This document shows, piece by piece, positions 40,128 to 51,012 of a stretch of 64,000 bases of DNA (the stretch's first letter is position 1; the number at the start of each line of letters is the position of its first letter). The stretch comes from Isurus oxyrinchus (Eukaryota). The notes under the pieces were generated by a model, which saw only the letters and a list, made by a program, of their open reading frames with translations, was not told the origin of the DNA and made no database searches. The stretch is from NCBI GenBank assembly GCA_026770705.1, contig JANJGN010000052.1, positions 1,674,001-1,738,000 of the forward strand. Direction: 5' to 3'. Made by a program: the position numbers and the translations under genes.

Positions 40128-43100
40128 GACACGTGCACACAAACAAGCATTCATGTGCAATCCCACATGTGCACAGGTGTGCACGCCTGCATGCTCACAC
40201 ACAGAAGCATACATACAGAATCACACGTGTGCTTGCTCACACACACACAGACATGTGTGAGTTGTCTGTTCTCCCTGTGCTGCACTGGAGTGTTGCTCCA
40301 GATTCTGCTCTGAAACACTGACGACATCAGCTGAACAAGACCCTGTATTGGACGAGCAGCCCCCTGCACAGAGAATTGTAGGTTTATCACTCAATACCCC
40401 ATTATTCTAAAGCAATTCCTCCACTGTCAAATCCCTGTGAACCTCCTGATGATGTGAAAGACACTTTCTTTTCTTCTAGCCCGACAGTGTCTCCTCTGGT
40501 GGAAGGCTGTAATTACAGCGTGACAGTTTACATATCCACATGCAGCAAGAGCTGAACAACACTCAGCTTGGGCTGAGACAATTAATGCATCACAAGCACC
40601 AGGCAGTGATCATGTCCAACAAGAGAGAATCTAACCATCTCCCCTTGATGTTCAGTGAGTTTACTATCACTGAATCCCCCACAATCAACATCCTGGGGGA
40701 TGTTAACCAAACTACTAACTGGACCGGCCAATAAAACTGTGGCTATAGGAGCCGGTCAGAGGCTGGGAATTCTGTGGGGGTGAAAAACTCACCACCACCT
40801 CCTCAAAGGCAATTAGGGATGGGTAATAAATGCTGGTCTAGATAGATACATCCACTTCCCATGAATGTACAAAAAGAAAAACACCGGCAGTGACCATTAT
40901 AAAAGTTGACATAGGAACTTAAAACAGGAAAGAAACCTTGAAATGCACATAGACACCAAATAGAGAGAGATGTATCATGGAGTCTTGCTGTGCACTGTGT
41001 TTGCTCACAATGAAACCTTTATTTGTATTTAGATGCACCACGGAACCTATCAATTACTTCTCTTGATATGATTAACGCTTCATCGATCAATATAATTGAG
41101 GGGAATTCTGCAGTGATAATCTGCTCTGTCGAGAGCTTCCCAGCTTCTAACCTGACGTGGCGACATCTTAATGTCCCAATGAACAGAACAAGTTCCAACA
41201 ATGAGCTGTGGTTGGTGATTCCTCACGTTACATCCAGGGACACTGGAGACTATCAGTGTGTGGCAGAGAATGAACATGGAGCAGTGGAGGGGTTCATAAC
41301 CATCACTGTGGAACGTGAGTTANNNNNNNNNNNNNNNNNNNNNNNNNNNNNNNNNNNNNNNNNNNNNNNNNNNNNNNNNNNNNNNNNNNNNNNNNNNNNN
41401 NNNNNNNNNNNNNNNNNNNNNNNNNNNNNNNNNNNNNNNNNNNNNNNNNNNNNNNNNNNNNNNNNNNNNNNNNNNNNNNNNNNNNNNNNNNNNNNNNNNN
41501 NNNNNNNNNNNNNNNNNNNNNNNNCATACACATGCACACACTCACTCATGCACAGATGTATACAAACAGGCACACGCACACATGCGCATACACACACACA
41601 CGCACACATAAACATACTCACTTGTGCAGAAACACAAACACACAAAAACACACAAACACAAACACATGTGTGAGTTCCCTGTCCTCTCTCAGTGCTGCAC
41701 TGGAGTCTCGGTATCAGCTCCGATTCTGTGTTGAAGGAAGGTAAACTCCAGATCAACAAGACCCTGAATTGGATGAGCAACCTCCTGAACAGAGAATTGT
41801 AGATTTACCCCTCAGTGCTCCATCAATCAAATACAATCATTGCCTGTCAAGCCCTTGGGTATATCCTGAGGATGTGAAAGTTTCTTTCATTCTAGGTGGA
41901 CAGCACCTCTACTGCAGTTTGACTGTTTACATAGGCAGTGCCCATTATAAATTTGACAGTGGAAGTTATATGGAGGGAAGGTATCTGGAAATGCATACAG
42001 ACATCAGATACAGAGAGATGATGCATGGAGTCTAGCTGTAAACTGTGCTTGCTCACATTAAACACTTGATTTGTTCTTAGATGCTCCACAGAATCTCTCA
42101 TTTACTTCTCTTGATATGATTAACGCTTCATCGATCAATATAATTGAGGGGAATTCTACAATGATAATCTGCTCTGTCGAGAGCTTCCCAGCTTCTAACC
42201 TGACGTGGCGACATCTTAATGTCCCAATGAACAGAACAAGTTCCAACAATGAGCTGTGGTTGGTGATTCCTCACGTTACATCCAGGGACACTGGAGACTA
42301 TCAGTGTGTGGCAGAGAATGAACATGGAGCAGTGGAGGGGTTCATAACCATCACTGTGGAATGTGAGTGTGGAGATACATTTGTTTGTTTGTTGTCTCCG
42401 TGGTCTCCGTGGAGCCATTGGGATCGTGTTGTTTTTAATCCAGTTTTCTTCAATCCTCGCTCAGTCCACGTTATCCACACATCCAATTTTTCCTCTCCCT
42501 TTCTGTTTTTGCTCTCAGTTTCTCCTTCAATGGTTGTGAGGACAAGGCTGTCAGGTCTTCGTTTCCAATCTCCGTACTTGACGACCTTTCTCTCTCTAAC
42601 TGTCCTGAACAACCCTTTTAATTGCTGAACTTCTCATTCTTTAATTGATAAATATTATATATTAATGTTACATGGATTACTTTGAAATGCAATACCTGTA
42701 TTCATAAATTGCTTAGAAATTACTAAACATTCAACAGCCAGTGAAGCATTATCGAAGTGAGCTCACTGTTCTAATGTAGGAAACACAGGTACTGATTTGT
42801 GCACAGCAAGATCCCGCAAACCACCATGTGATAATGAGCTGATAGTCGATTATTTCAGTGAGGTTGGTTGTTACATGTGTAGAGACTACATACCCTTTAG
42901 GGAGGGAAGCATGTCTCGATGTGGATGTGACTCCAGTCTCAAACACCAACATGGTTAACTCTTACCTGCCCTCTGAACTGGTCTCCCAGTTTGGGACAAA
43001 CCAGTGGTTCAGGAGGAATACCCCCCACCACCTTCTCAAGGGAAACTAGGGATGGACAATAAATGTCAGCATTGCCCGAGAATGAGTATTTAAACACTGA

Positions 43101-45532
43101 GTGAGTGTATCGCTTCTCGAGATACATCGGAGCATCATTGTAAACCTGTAGTGCAGTAATTAATGGCTGTTTTTACAGGTAGAGACTCCAGTAAATGGAC
43201 AGTAGGATTGTTCACGGCTGGGATCATGTTGAGTGTTTTCCTGGCTGGAATCTTCATCTTCATCTGTGTGAGAAAGTAAGTCTGAAGATTTAACTTGATT
43301 TTAATATAAACATTTGCTTCAATGTTCTTTCCTTAAGTCGGTGATTGTTTCCCTTGGGAGCAGCACCAGGTCCCTCTCTGTAAGTGGTCCCTGTGTCCAC
43401 TCTGATCCGGAGAGAACCTTTCATTGTCCTGTATCCAGGTAAACAATCACGACACCCAGAGATTCCTTGCTCTGCACGATTACTCCGGGATAAATATTTG
43501 CTTCAATGTTCTTTCCTGAAGTCGGTGATTGTTTCCCTTGTGTTAAGCGCTAGATGCCTCTCCGTAACTGGTCTCTTTTGTCCCTTACGATCCAGACAGT
43601 GTTTTTCATTGCCCGTTATCCAGATGAATAATAATCAGTTGCTGTGATCTGGAAGGTGCTGCCTGAAAGGGCGCTGGAAGCAGATTTAATAGGATCTTTC
43701 AAAAGGGGAATTGGATAAATACTTGAAGGGGGAACATTTGAAGGGCTATGGGGGGAAGAGCAGGGGTGGAGGGGGGGTCAAAGATATGGCGTGTCATTAT
43801 AATGATATTATACCTTAGGCTTATTTATTGTACAAGAAACAAAGCACCAATCGCTCACAGGGATTGGGTGAGAATGTTAATGATTTGTTTATCAAGACTC
43901 GGCACGAGAACAGTTATACATACGGAGAAAGATTGAAGGCATCAGAGCCATGAGTGTGTGTTCTGCTCAAAGCAAAAGTCAAACTAAGATTGGATCACAT
44001 GACACACTTCCATTATAGTGATGTCACGCTGATACCCCTTATTGGAACTAGAGACAGTCCATTCGTTGGTGTAAGGTTACACTGGGCTCTGTGTCTGTGC
44101 TGCACTGACTCTCTGCTATATGATAACCACAGTGTGATATTGTGTTATTGCAGGAGAAAGACAGCGATGGAGGAGAGAGTTTCAGGGACCAGTGACATTG
44201 TATTGACCCCCAGTCCACTCTCTGTGAAGCACCAGGTACAGGAGCTGTTTACACTCACTCCAAAGCTTCTATCTCAGTGTGTAGACAACACATGTCCCAG
44301 ATTCCCAGCCAGGTTACCCACAGATATCTAACTGTGTAGTCAGATATGGCTCAGTATGTAGCATTGTCTCTCGCTCCCTCCCCCTCTTCCCTCCATCACT
44401 CGCTCTTTGACCAGAAACCTGAACGCAATAATGACAAGGCACCTGATGTCAGTAGTGAGGGAGTGCTGCACTGTCCTAGGGTCTGTGCTGAGGGAGTGCT
44501 GGAGTGTCAGAAGGTCAGTACTGAGGGAGTGTTGCACTGTCAGAGGGTCTGTACTGAGGGAGAGCTAGACTGTCAGAGGGTCAGTACTGAGGGAGTGCTG
44601 CGCTGTCATAGGGTCAGTACTGAGGGAGTGCTGGACTGTCGGACGGTCAGTACCGAGGGAGTGCTGCACTGTCGGAGGGTCAGTACTGAGGGAGTGCTGC
44701 ACTGTCGGATGGTCAGTACTGAGGACAGTACTGAGTGAGTGCTGCACTGTCAAAGAGTCCATTTGCAAGGGGTGCTGCCCTCTTGAAGGGGCAGTTCCGA
44801 GGGAGTGCTGCACTGTCAGCAGAGAGCACTGAGAGAACATTGCAGTGTTCGAGGTGCCTCTTTCAGAATAGTTGTATAATGCTGACCATGTTTACCATCT
44901 TATCTGGTCCCATGGCCACATTTCCAACACTGTAGCAGTGTCTCCCTTCAATAAAATTCCTTCATTGGCGTGAGGTTCTTTGTGTGTCTGTGTTTGTGAA
45001 TAATGGGGCACAAATCTCATGATTGGGATGGTAACATAGGACTTCAAGACTCAGGTCTGCGATAGCGAGAGAGATTACATGATAAATAGAGAGAGAAAGC
45101 AAGAGAGAGAGAGAGAAAGAGAGACAGAGAAAGAGATTGAATAAAAGGAGACAGAGAAAGAGAGTGAAAAAGAGGGTTAAACCCATTGAGACATGACTGA
45201 CAGTAACGAGGCTGCAGAATAACTTAACCCTATCAGTGCCAGTAAATGATGTGAGGATGTCTTCTGTTTCTATTTCTCTGTAGGGTAAACAGAACGTGCT
45301 GATTACTGAGCCCCGGAACACAACCAGAGACACAACTAGTGAGGGGGAGACCCCAGCTCCCCGGGGTCTCTCTGAAGGTCCAGTGGGAGGCGATGTTGGA
45401 CATGGGAACCCCGACAAACCCGACGAGCTTTTCTACGCCAACATCAACTTTTCAAAGCTGCCCAGCGGTGACAGGACTGTGCACAGGAGCGAGGACACGG
45501 AATACGCACAGATCAGGTTCCAGAAAAACTGA
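25923..45532 (+). CDS. Siglec-family (CD22/MAG/CD33-like) type I inhibitory receptor with 13 Ig domains. Spliced CDS: 25923-25962, 29315-29680, 30052-30348, eleven 282-nt exons within 31060-42362, 43179-43275, 44154-44235, 45284-45532 (4233 nt, about 1410 aa)
   Basis: All exons have canonical AG/GT boundaries and compatible phases, giving one open frame. The architecture V-set + C2 + 11 Ig + TM + two tyrosine motifs is Siglec-type. Orthology cannot be assigned by eye. Confidence 0.85.
29315..29680 (+). CDS. Siglec N-terminal V-set Ig exon (sialic-acid binding domain)
   Basis: CVQIPC, GDCSL and [10 protein letters not shown] (essential Arg codon AGA at 29617-29619), then RYSY. Boundaries ccag| and |gtaagt; 366 nt. 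Confidence 0.92.
30052..30348 (+). CDS. Siglec domain-2 C2-type Ig exon
   Basis: KPTI...SCTFNTTC (extra inter-domain Cys)...LTW...SVLTL...LSCRV. Boundaries tag| and |gtaagt; 297 nt. Confidence 0.9.
30470..30925 (-). repeat. 33-bp DeuSINE-derived tandem array (same family at about 3620-3945, 17310-17860, 20515-20800, 44450-44830, 51230-51510, 61620-61920)
   Basis: Unit cagtgcagcactccctcagtactgaccctctga; source of the [11 protein letters not shown]-type spurious ORFs. Confidence 0.9.
31060..31341 (+). CDS. Tandem Ig exon repeat 1 of 11
   Basis: 282 nt, phase 1/1: APQNLS...[15 protein letters not shown]...[14 protein letters not shown]...ITVE; donor gtgagt. Confidence 0.9.
31965..32246 (+). 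CDS. Tandem Ig exon repeat 2
   Basis: 282 nt, open frame, canonical splice sites; starts GPHNLS. Confidence 0.9.
32873..33154 (+). CDS. Tandem Ig exon repeat 3 (most divergent core)
   Basis: 282 nt, open frame; private changes NLMW, HRN, TNF, CEAE. Confidence 0.9.
34370..34651 (+). CDS. Tandem Ig exon repeat 4
   Basis: 282 nt, open frame; starts APRNPS. Confidence 0.9.
35465..35746 (+). CDS. Tandem Ig exon repeat 5
   Basis: 282 nt, open frame; starts APQDVS. Confidence 0.9.
36562..36843 (+). CDS. Tandem Ig exon repeat 6
   Basis: 282 nt, open frame; starts APQDVS. Confidence 0.9.
37643..37924 (+). CDS. Tandem Ig exon repeat 7
   Basis: 282 nt, open frame; starts [11 protein letters not shown]. 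Confidence 0.9.
38705..38986 (+). CDS. Tandem Ig exon repeat 8
   Basis: 282 nt, open frame; starts APQSLSINS. Confidence 0.9.
39778..40059 (+). CDS. Tandem Ig exon repeat 9
   Basis: 282 nt, open frame; starts APQDLS. Confidence 0.9.
41033..41314 (+). CDS. Tandem Ig exon repeat 10
   Basis: 282 nt, open frame; starts APRNLS. Confidence 0.9.
42081..42362 (+). CDS. Tandem Ig exon repeat 11 (membrane-proximal)
   Basis: 282 nt, open frame; contains GNSTMII; followed by a distinct intron without a CA tract. Confidence 0.9.
43179..43275 (+). CDS. Siglec transmembrane exon ([33 protein letters not shown])
   Basis: Boundaries ttttacag| and |gtaagt. About 23 hydrophobic residues with no charged residue, followed by basic stop-transfer residues. 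Confidence 0.88.
44154..44235 (+). CDS. Siglec juxtamembrane cytoplasmic exon ([27 protein letters not shown])
   Basis: Boundaries ttgcag| and |gtacag; phase 2/0 links the TM and terminal exons in frame. Confidence 0.82.
45284..45532 (+). CDS. Siglec terminal exon with ITIM-like ELFYANINF and distal TEYAQIRF
   Basis: The motif pair resembles the CD33-type LxYxxL.F plus TEYSEI arrangement; ends at TGA. Confidence 0.88.
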   Translation, partial: GKQNVLITEPRNTTRDTTSEGETPAPRGLSEGPVGGDVGHGNPDKPDELFYANINFSKLPSGDRTVHRSEDTEYAQIRFQKN

Positions 45533-48500
45533 GTGTGAAACAGGGAGCGGGGCTGTGGGGTGTGTGCAGCCAACATGGCCAAATAGTAATGAACACAAAT
45601 ATGATGTTGCTCAACTTTTTTTTATTGGTTTTAACTGAGCTTTCTGAATGCTGCACCTTTTTCCATGCTGTAAAAGATTGTGAGAAGCTTATGAATTATG
45701 TATAATTTTACATCTGTTAATACAAGGTGAGGTGAGAGTGACTGCCTTTGACATCAAGGCTGCATTTGACCGAGTGTGGCATCTAGGATCCCGAGTAAAA
45801 CTGGAGTCAATGGGAATCAGGGGTGGTGCGAAAGTATAATAATTTGCTTAATATTTTCCTGGTTTGTTGTAAACTAGGTTTATGGGTGTGAGTGTAGATG
45901 GGTCTGTCTGTGTAGTTTAATTACATCTGGAGACAGGTAGACTGCAAGTTTGAGATTATCAAAAGAAGCTAGATGTAGAAATGTACTTGAAATGCTAATG
46001 AGAACACATGGAGGCTGCCTTAGCATGTAAGGTGTGAAGGGGTTGTTTAGATTTCAAAGGGATATTGGTCTGTTTAGGACAAGCCCAATAAGCAAAGCTA
46101 AGGAGTTTTTTTTTAATTTTACCCAAACTTCATTGACAATATTGGCAACATGAAAGTTTATATTATGGGAAAGGTACAGTTCCAAAGAATTTACACATGA
46201 AAGAGAGAGAAACATGTATAAAGGAGAATGAAAGGCTATGTTGGGGGCCATGTAAGATCTAACAGGAGTGTGTGAAACAGGCTTGAAGAAGCCTCCAGGC
46301 ATTTGTGCATAAGTCTGTTATGTTCAGTAAATAAAGTTGGAGAAACCCATTTAGAATTCCAGTGTCAAGTGTGTGCTGTGTTAACTCGCTGGATTTGTTT
46401 TTAATCTAAAATCTTATTTTGGACTGTTGCCTTAAAAGGGGTATGTAACTGGGAGTCAGGTTAATTAGGAATTTGAGAATATATTTTAGCTGTAACTAAC
46501 CGTGGTATTATGTCTGTGCTTGAAATCTTTTATTTTGTTAATAAATATCTTAATTGAATTTTTAAAATCTCTAAAGGTTGTGGTCAACTCATTACTCCTG
46601 AATTCAGTGCACGCTTCTTGTAATAAATACAAATTGCAAAACTATTGTGATAGCGTGACCAATTTTCTCTTGTGGATTTGGAGCACCAAGCACACATCAT
46701 CTGCCATGTCATGTCACAGGGAAAACTCTCCACTCGTTGGATTCATACCAAGTACAAAGGAAGGTGGTTGTGGTTTTTGGAGGACAGTCATCTCCGTTCC
46801 AGGACTGTCGTTGGGTCAGAATCCTGCAACACCCTCCCAAACAGTTCTGTGGGTGTACATACACCACAGAGACTGCAGCAGTTCAAGAAGGCAGCTCATC
46901 CCCATATTCTCAAGGACAATTAGGGATGGGCAATAAATTCTGGCCTAGCCAGTGTCAGTGAATAAATACAAAAAAGCAATTAAAATGCCCTGACATTTCT
47001 GTACATTTTTATCAAATTAAATACGTACTCTAGTGAATAATTCCATTCTCCAAGGCACCACTTCCTGTTGTCACATGTCCTTCTGATTATTTAAATTCCT
47101 GTGTCATTGGTAATGGAACATTCCCATGTAAACATGTCACACTGTAATTACAGCCTCCTACCAGCGGTGGTGCTTTAGTGTCCTAGTTTTGCTTCTCAGA
47201 GACTGGAGGAGCTGGAAACGTTGTGTTTACAATATAAGTAACACTCAGGAGAGACCAGGGGGATTCTTTTGGCCAAGTTTACGATGTTGCTAAGATACAA
47301 TGGCCCCGTAGGATTTTTCCTACTGCGTTTACAAGGTTGAATTGAAGAGATTTTTGAAGTGTCTGGCACAGTTTTATTAAGGTCCCCTCACACCCAATCT
47401 GGAGTCACTGGGTTCAGTTCTGGGTCCAGCAGCTTAGGAAGGATATATTGTCCTTGGAGGGGGTGCTGTGCAGAGTCACCAGGATGATCCCGGGGCTGAA
47501 AGGGTTAAATCCCGAGGACAGGTTGCACAGACCAGGCTTGTGTTCCCTCGAGTCTCGAAGATTAAGGGGTGATCTAATCGAGGGGTTTAAGATGAGCCGT
47601 CTCTGTGACCTGCTTCAACCCTGTTGGTCAGCAATGACAACATGAGTTGATGTTAGCCTGATATGTAGTGCATGGAGGGATATTACTCTCCAGGGTGTGT
47701 GTGCATCACAGTGCTCATTCACATGTGTTCCATGTGCACCTACATCAGCTGTGTAGACATACAAGCCTCAATGCTGCATCCGGGGAGTGTACCATGTCTC
47801 ACACCTTAGCTGCAGCACGACCCTTCCCTTGGAGCTCTGTGTGCTCGAGACATATTTTGTTATTTTTTCCTGCCGTCTCTGTGTCCCCCGACCCGGGAGT
47901 GAAAATCTGGCCTTAACTTCCACTTTCTAGTGTCTGAGACAAGAGGCAATGAGTGAGTGGGCTGGCGGTCAGGATTAATGCTGTTAATCTGTGTTTGAGG
48001 GGCTGTGAATTCTCGGGGGACTAGTTACTCTCTGAGCTGCAGCTTCCAAATCCTTATTTGATGCCGTGCATGTGGGGTTGGAAGATTCTTTTTAAAACCA
48101 CAGGCAGTTCACAGAAACCCACAGGAAACCCACAGAGAGACAGTCACTGAGAAAGTCACTCACTCCTTGTGGTTTCACCTTTTAACCACATCCTGTCTGT
48201 GTGGCTTAAATGTTAAACACAGTGGCCAGACTCAAGGAGGTTTCACTCTGTNNNNNNNNNNNNNNNNNNNNNNNNNNNNNNNNNNNNNNNNNNNNNNNNN
48301 NNNNNNNNNNNNNNNNNNNNNNNNNNNNNNNNNNNNNNNNNNNNNNNNNNNNNNNNNNNNNNNNNNNNNNNNNNNNNNNNNNNNNNNNNNNNNNNNNNNN
48401 NNNNNNNNNNNNNNNNNNNNNNNNNNNNNNNNNNNNNNNNNNNNNNNNNNNNNNNNNNNNNNNNNNNNNNNNNNNNNNNNNNNNNNNNNNNNNNNCAGAC

Positions 48501-51012
48501 AGACACAAACACACACATTCACACACACACACACATTCACTCACACACACACATTCACTCACACACTCACTCACACACACAAACACACACACAAAGACAA
48601 TATCCCAATGACAACAAACTGCGATTAAGAGCTTCCTACAACTTAACTAAGAGACCAAAGACATATTGAACTGTCTAATAGCGACCTGTTTTTCAAAGAA
48701 ATACAAGATTGTACACAGATCAAAAATGGCTGACACAAGTCACCTGATTGCTGATACTGTGAAGTTGATCACTTCTCTGGAAAGGTTCAAATGAATTGCA
48801 CTGCAGACCTGTTGCATGGAAGTTCACGCCTGGGGTGTGTCAGGGTCCACTTCAAATAGAGACACTCTTAAAAGGAAGGCATTAAAATGTAAAGTGCTGG
48901 ACTTTGATCAGCTGTAGTTCAATCAAAACATTGGGAACTGCTCACCAAGCAGATAATCATCAACCATTCAAAACCCCCTGTGGAGGATACAATACCCCCG
49001 TCTCCTGTTGATTTATATCTTGAAATGCATCAAAGGTTTCAGAGATGCAAAGATAAAAAAATGGGAATACTTGGTCTATAACAATGAATGCAAAACATGC
49101 TGATCGAATTGACTTCAGGGATATACAGACAGGAGTTTAACAAATGGTTCTGCCAAGCAGATATAAGAGAAAGGAGGGGAAAAAGAAATATGGCAGTCTT
49201 CCACAAACACTGCTGGAAAAGAGCAGAAATGATTTCTCCCTCTCTCTCTCTCTGAAGCTAACAGAATGTCTTCAACAATGTGCAAGTCTGAGCCAGATAA
49301 AATACAGGAATCTACAGAAAACCAACTAATTTAAAACAGCTTCAAACTTCACAGCCTACGCCTTAGTACAAGCAAACGACTCTTTTAATTTTTTATTGGA
49401 CTCTAATTATNNNNNNNNNNNNNNNNNNNNNNNNNNNNNNNNNNNNNNNNNNNNNNNNNNNNNNNNNNNNNNNNNNNNNNNNNNNNNNNNNNNNNNNNNN
49501 NNNNNNNNNNNNNNNNNNNNNNNNNNNNNNNNNNNNNNNNNNNNNNNNNNNNNNNNNNNNNNNNNNNNNNNNTGTGCATTTGTCTGTCNNNNNNNNNNNN
49601 NNNNNNNNNNNNNNNNNNNNNNNNNNNNNNNNNNNNNNNNNNNNNNNNNNNNNNNNNNNNNNNNNNNNNNNNNNNNNNNNNNNNNNNNNNNNNNNNNNNN
49701 NNNNNNNNNNNNNNNNNNNNNNNNNNNNNNNNNNNATTATTTTTCCTCCAGTTAGGTAACTAATAAACTTACTCTTTCTTTGACTCCACCATACGTGGTT
49801 TAATTGGTTCATTCTGAACAATCAAAGAGACTTGCTTTGGAAATTGCATTTGGGGGAAAATATATTTTAAACCCTTTTTTTCAACCAACCATAATTACCT
49901 CTTAAACATCTTAATCTCATTACTACTGAATTCAAAGCCCACATCTCAAAACATACAAGTTGGAAATTAGTTGTGACAGTTGTTTCAAGTTTCCCTCCAG
50001 GATTTGAACAGCTCAGCATTTACCATCTGTTATGTCATAACAGAGCTTCCTTCAACTTAACCAACGAGCCAAAAACGTATTGAACTGTTTAAAGGAGACC
50101 TGTTTTTCAAAAGTACAAGATTAGGCATTGATCAAAAATGGCTGTCACGAGTCACCTGATTGCTGATACTGCAAACTTGATCACTTCTCTGGAAAGCTTC
50201 AAATGAATTGCACTACAGACATGTTGCATGAAAGTTCTCACTGAGGTGTGTCAGGGTCCACTTGAAACAGGGGCTCCATTAAAAATGCAAAGCGCTGGAC
50301 TCTGATCACTGTAGGTCTATCAAGCTAATGGGAACTGCTCACCATGCAGATATTCATCAGTCATTCAAAACCCCTTGTGGAGGATGAAATGCCTCCATCT
50401 CCTGTTGATTTATATCTTGAAATGCATCAAATGTTTCAGAGATGCAAAGATCAAAAAAGGGATTACTTGGTCTGCGACAATGAATGCAAGACATGCTGAT
50501 CGAATTCCCTTTGGGAATATACAGACAGGAGTTTAACAACAGGTTCTGTCAAGCAGATATAAGAGAAAGTAGGAGGAAAAAGAAAGATGGCAGTCACTCA
50601 AAAACACTGCTGGAAAAGAGCAGAAATTCTCTCTGTCTCTCTCTCTCTTTCTGAAGCTAACAGCGCATCTTCAACAAAGTGCAAATCTGAATCAAATCAC
50701 CACCAGGATGCCACAGGAAACCAATTAACCTTGAACAGCTGCAAACGTCAACAATCTACACCTCAAAGACAAGCAATTGTATTAATCATATATTCTTTTA
50801 AATTTTTATTGGACTCTAACNNNNNNNNNNNNNNNNNNNNNNNNNNNNNNNNNNNNNNNNNNNNNNNNNNNNNNNNNNNNNNNNNNNNNNNNNNNNNNNN
50901 NNNNNNNNNNNNNNNNNNNNNNNNNNNNNNNNNNNNNNNNNNNNNNNNNNNNNNNNNNNNNNGTGAGTGTGTGTCTGTCTATGTACCCTTGTGAGTGAGT
51001 GTGTGTGTGTGT

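Noticed and set aside
31060-42362. Regularly spaced near-identical repeats with variable spacers, resembling a CRISPR array or V(D)J-like gene segments
   Set aside because: The units are 282-nt spliceable exons and the spacers are homologous introns. There are no cas genes, and I saw no heptamer-spacer-nonamer signals at the exon ends.
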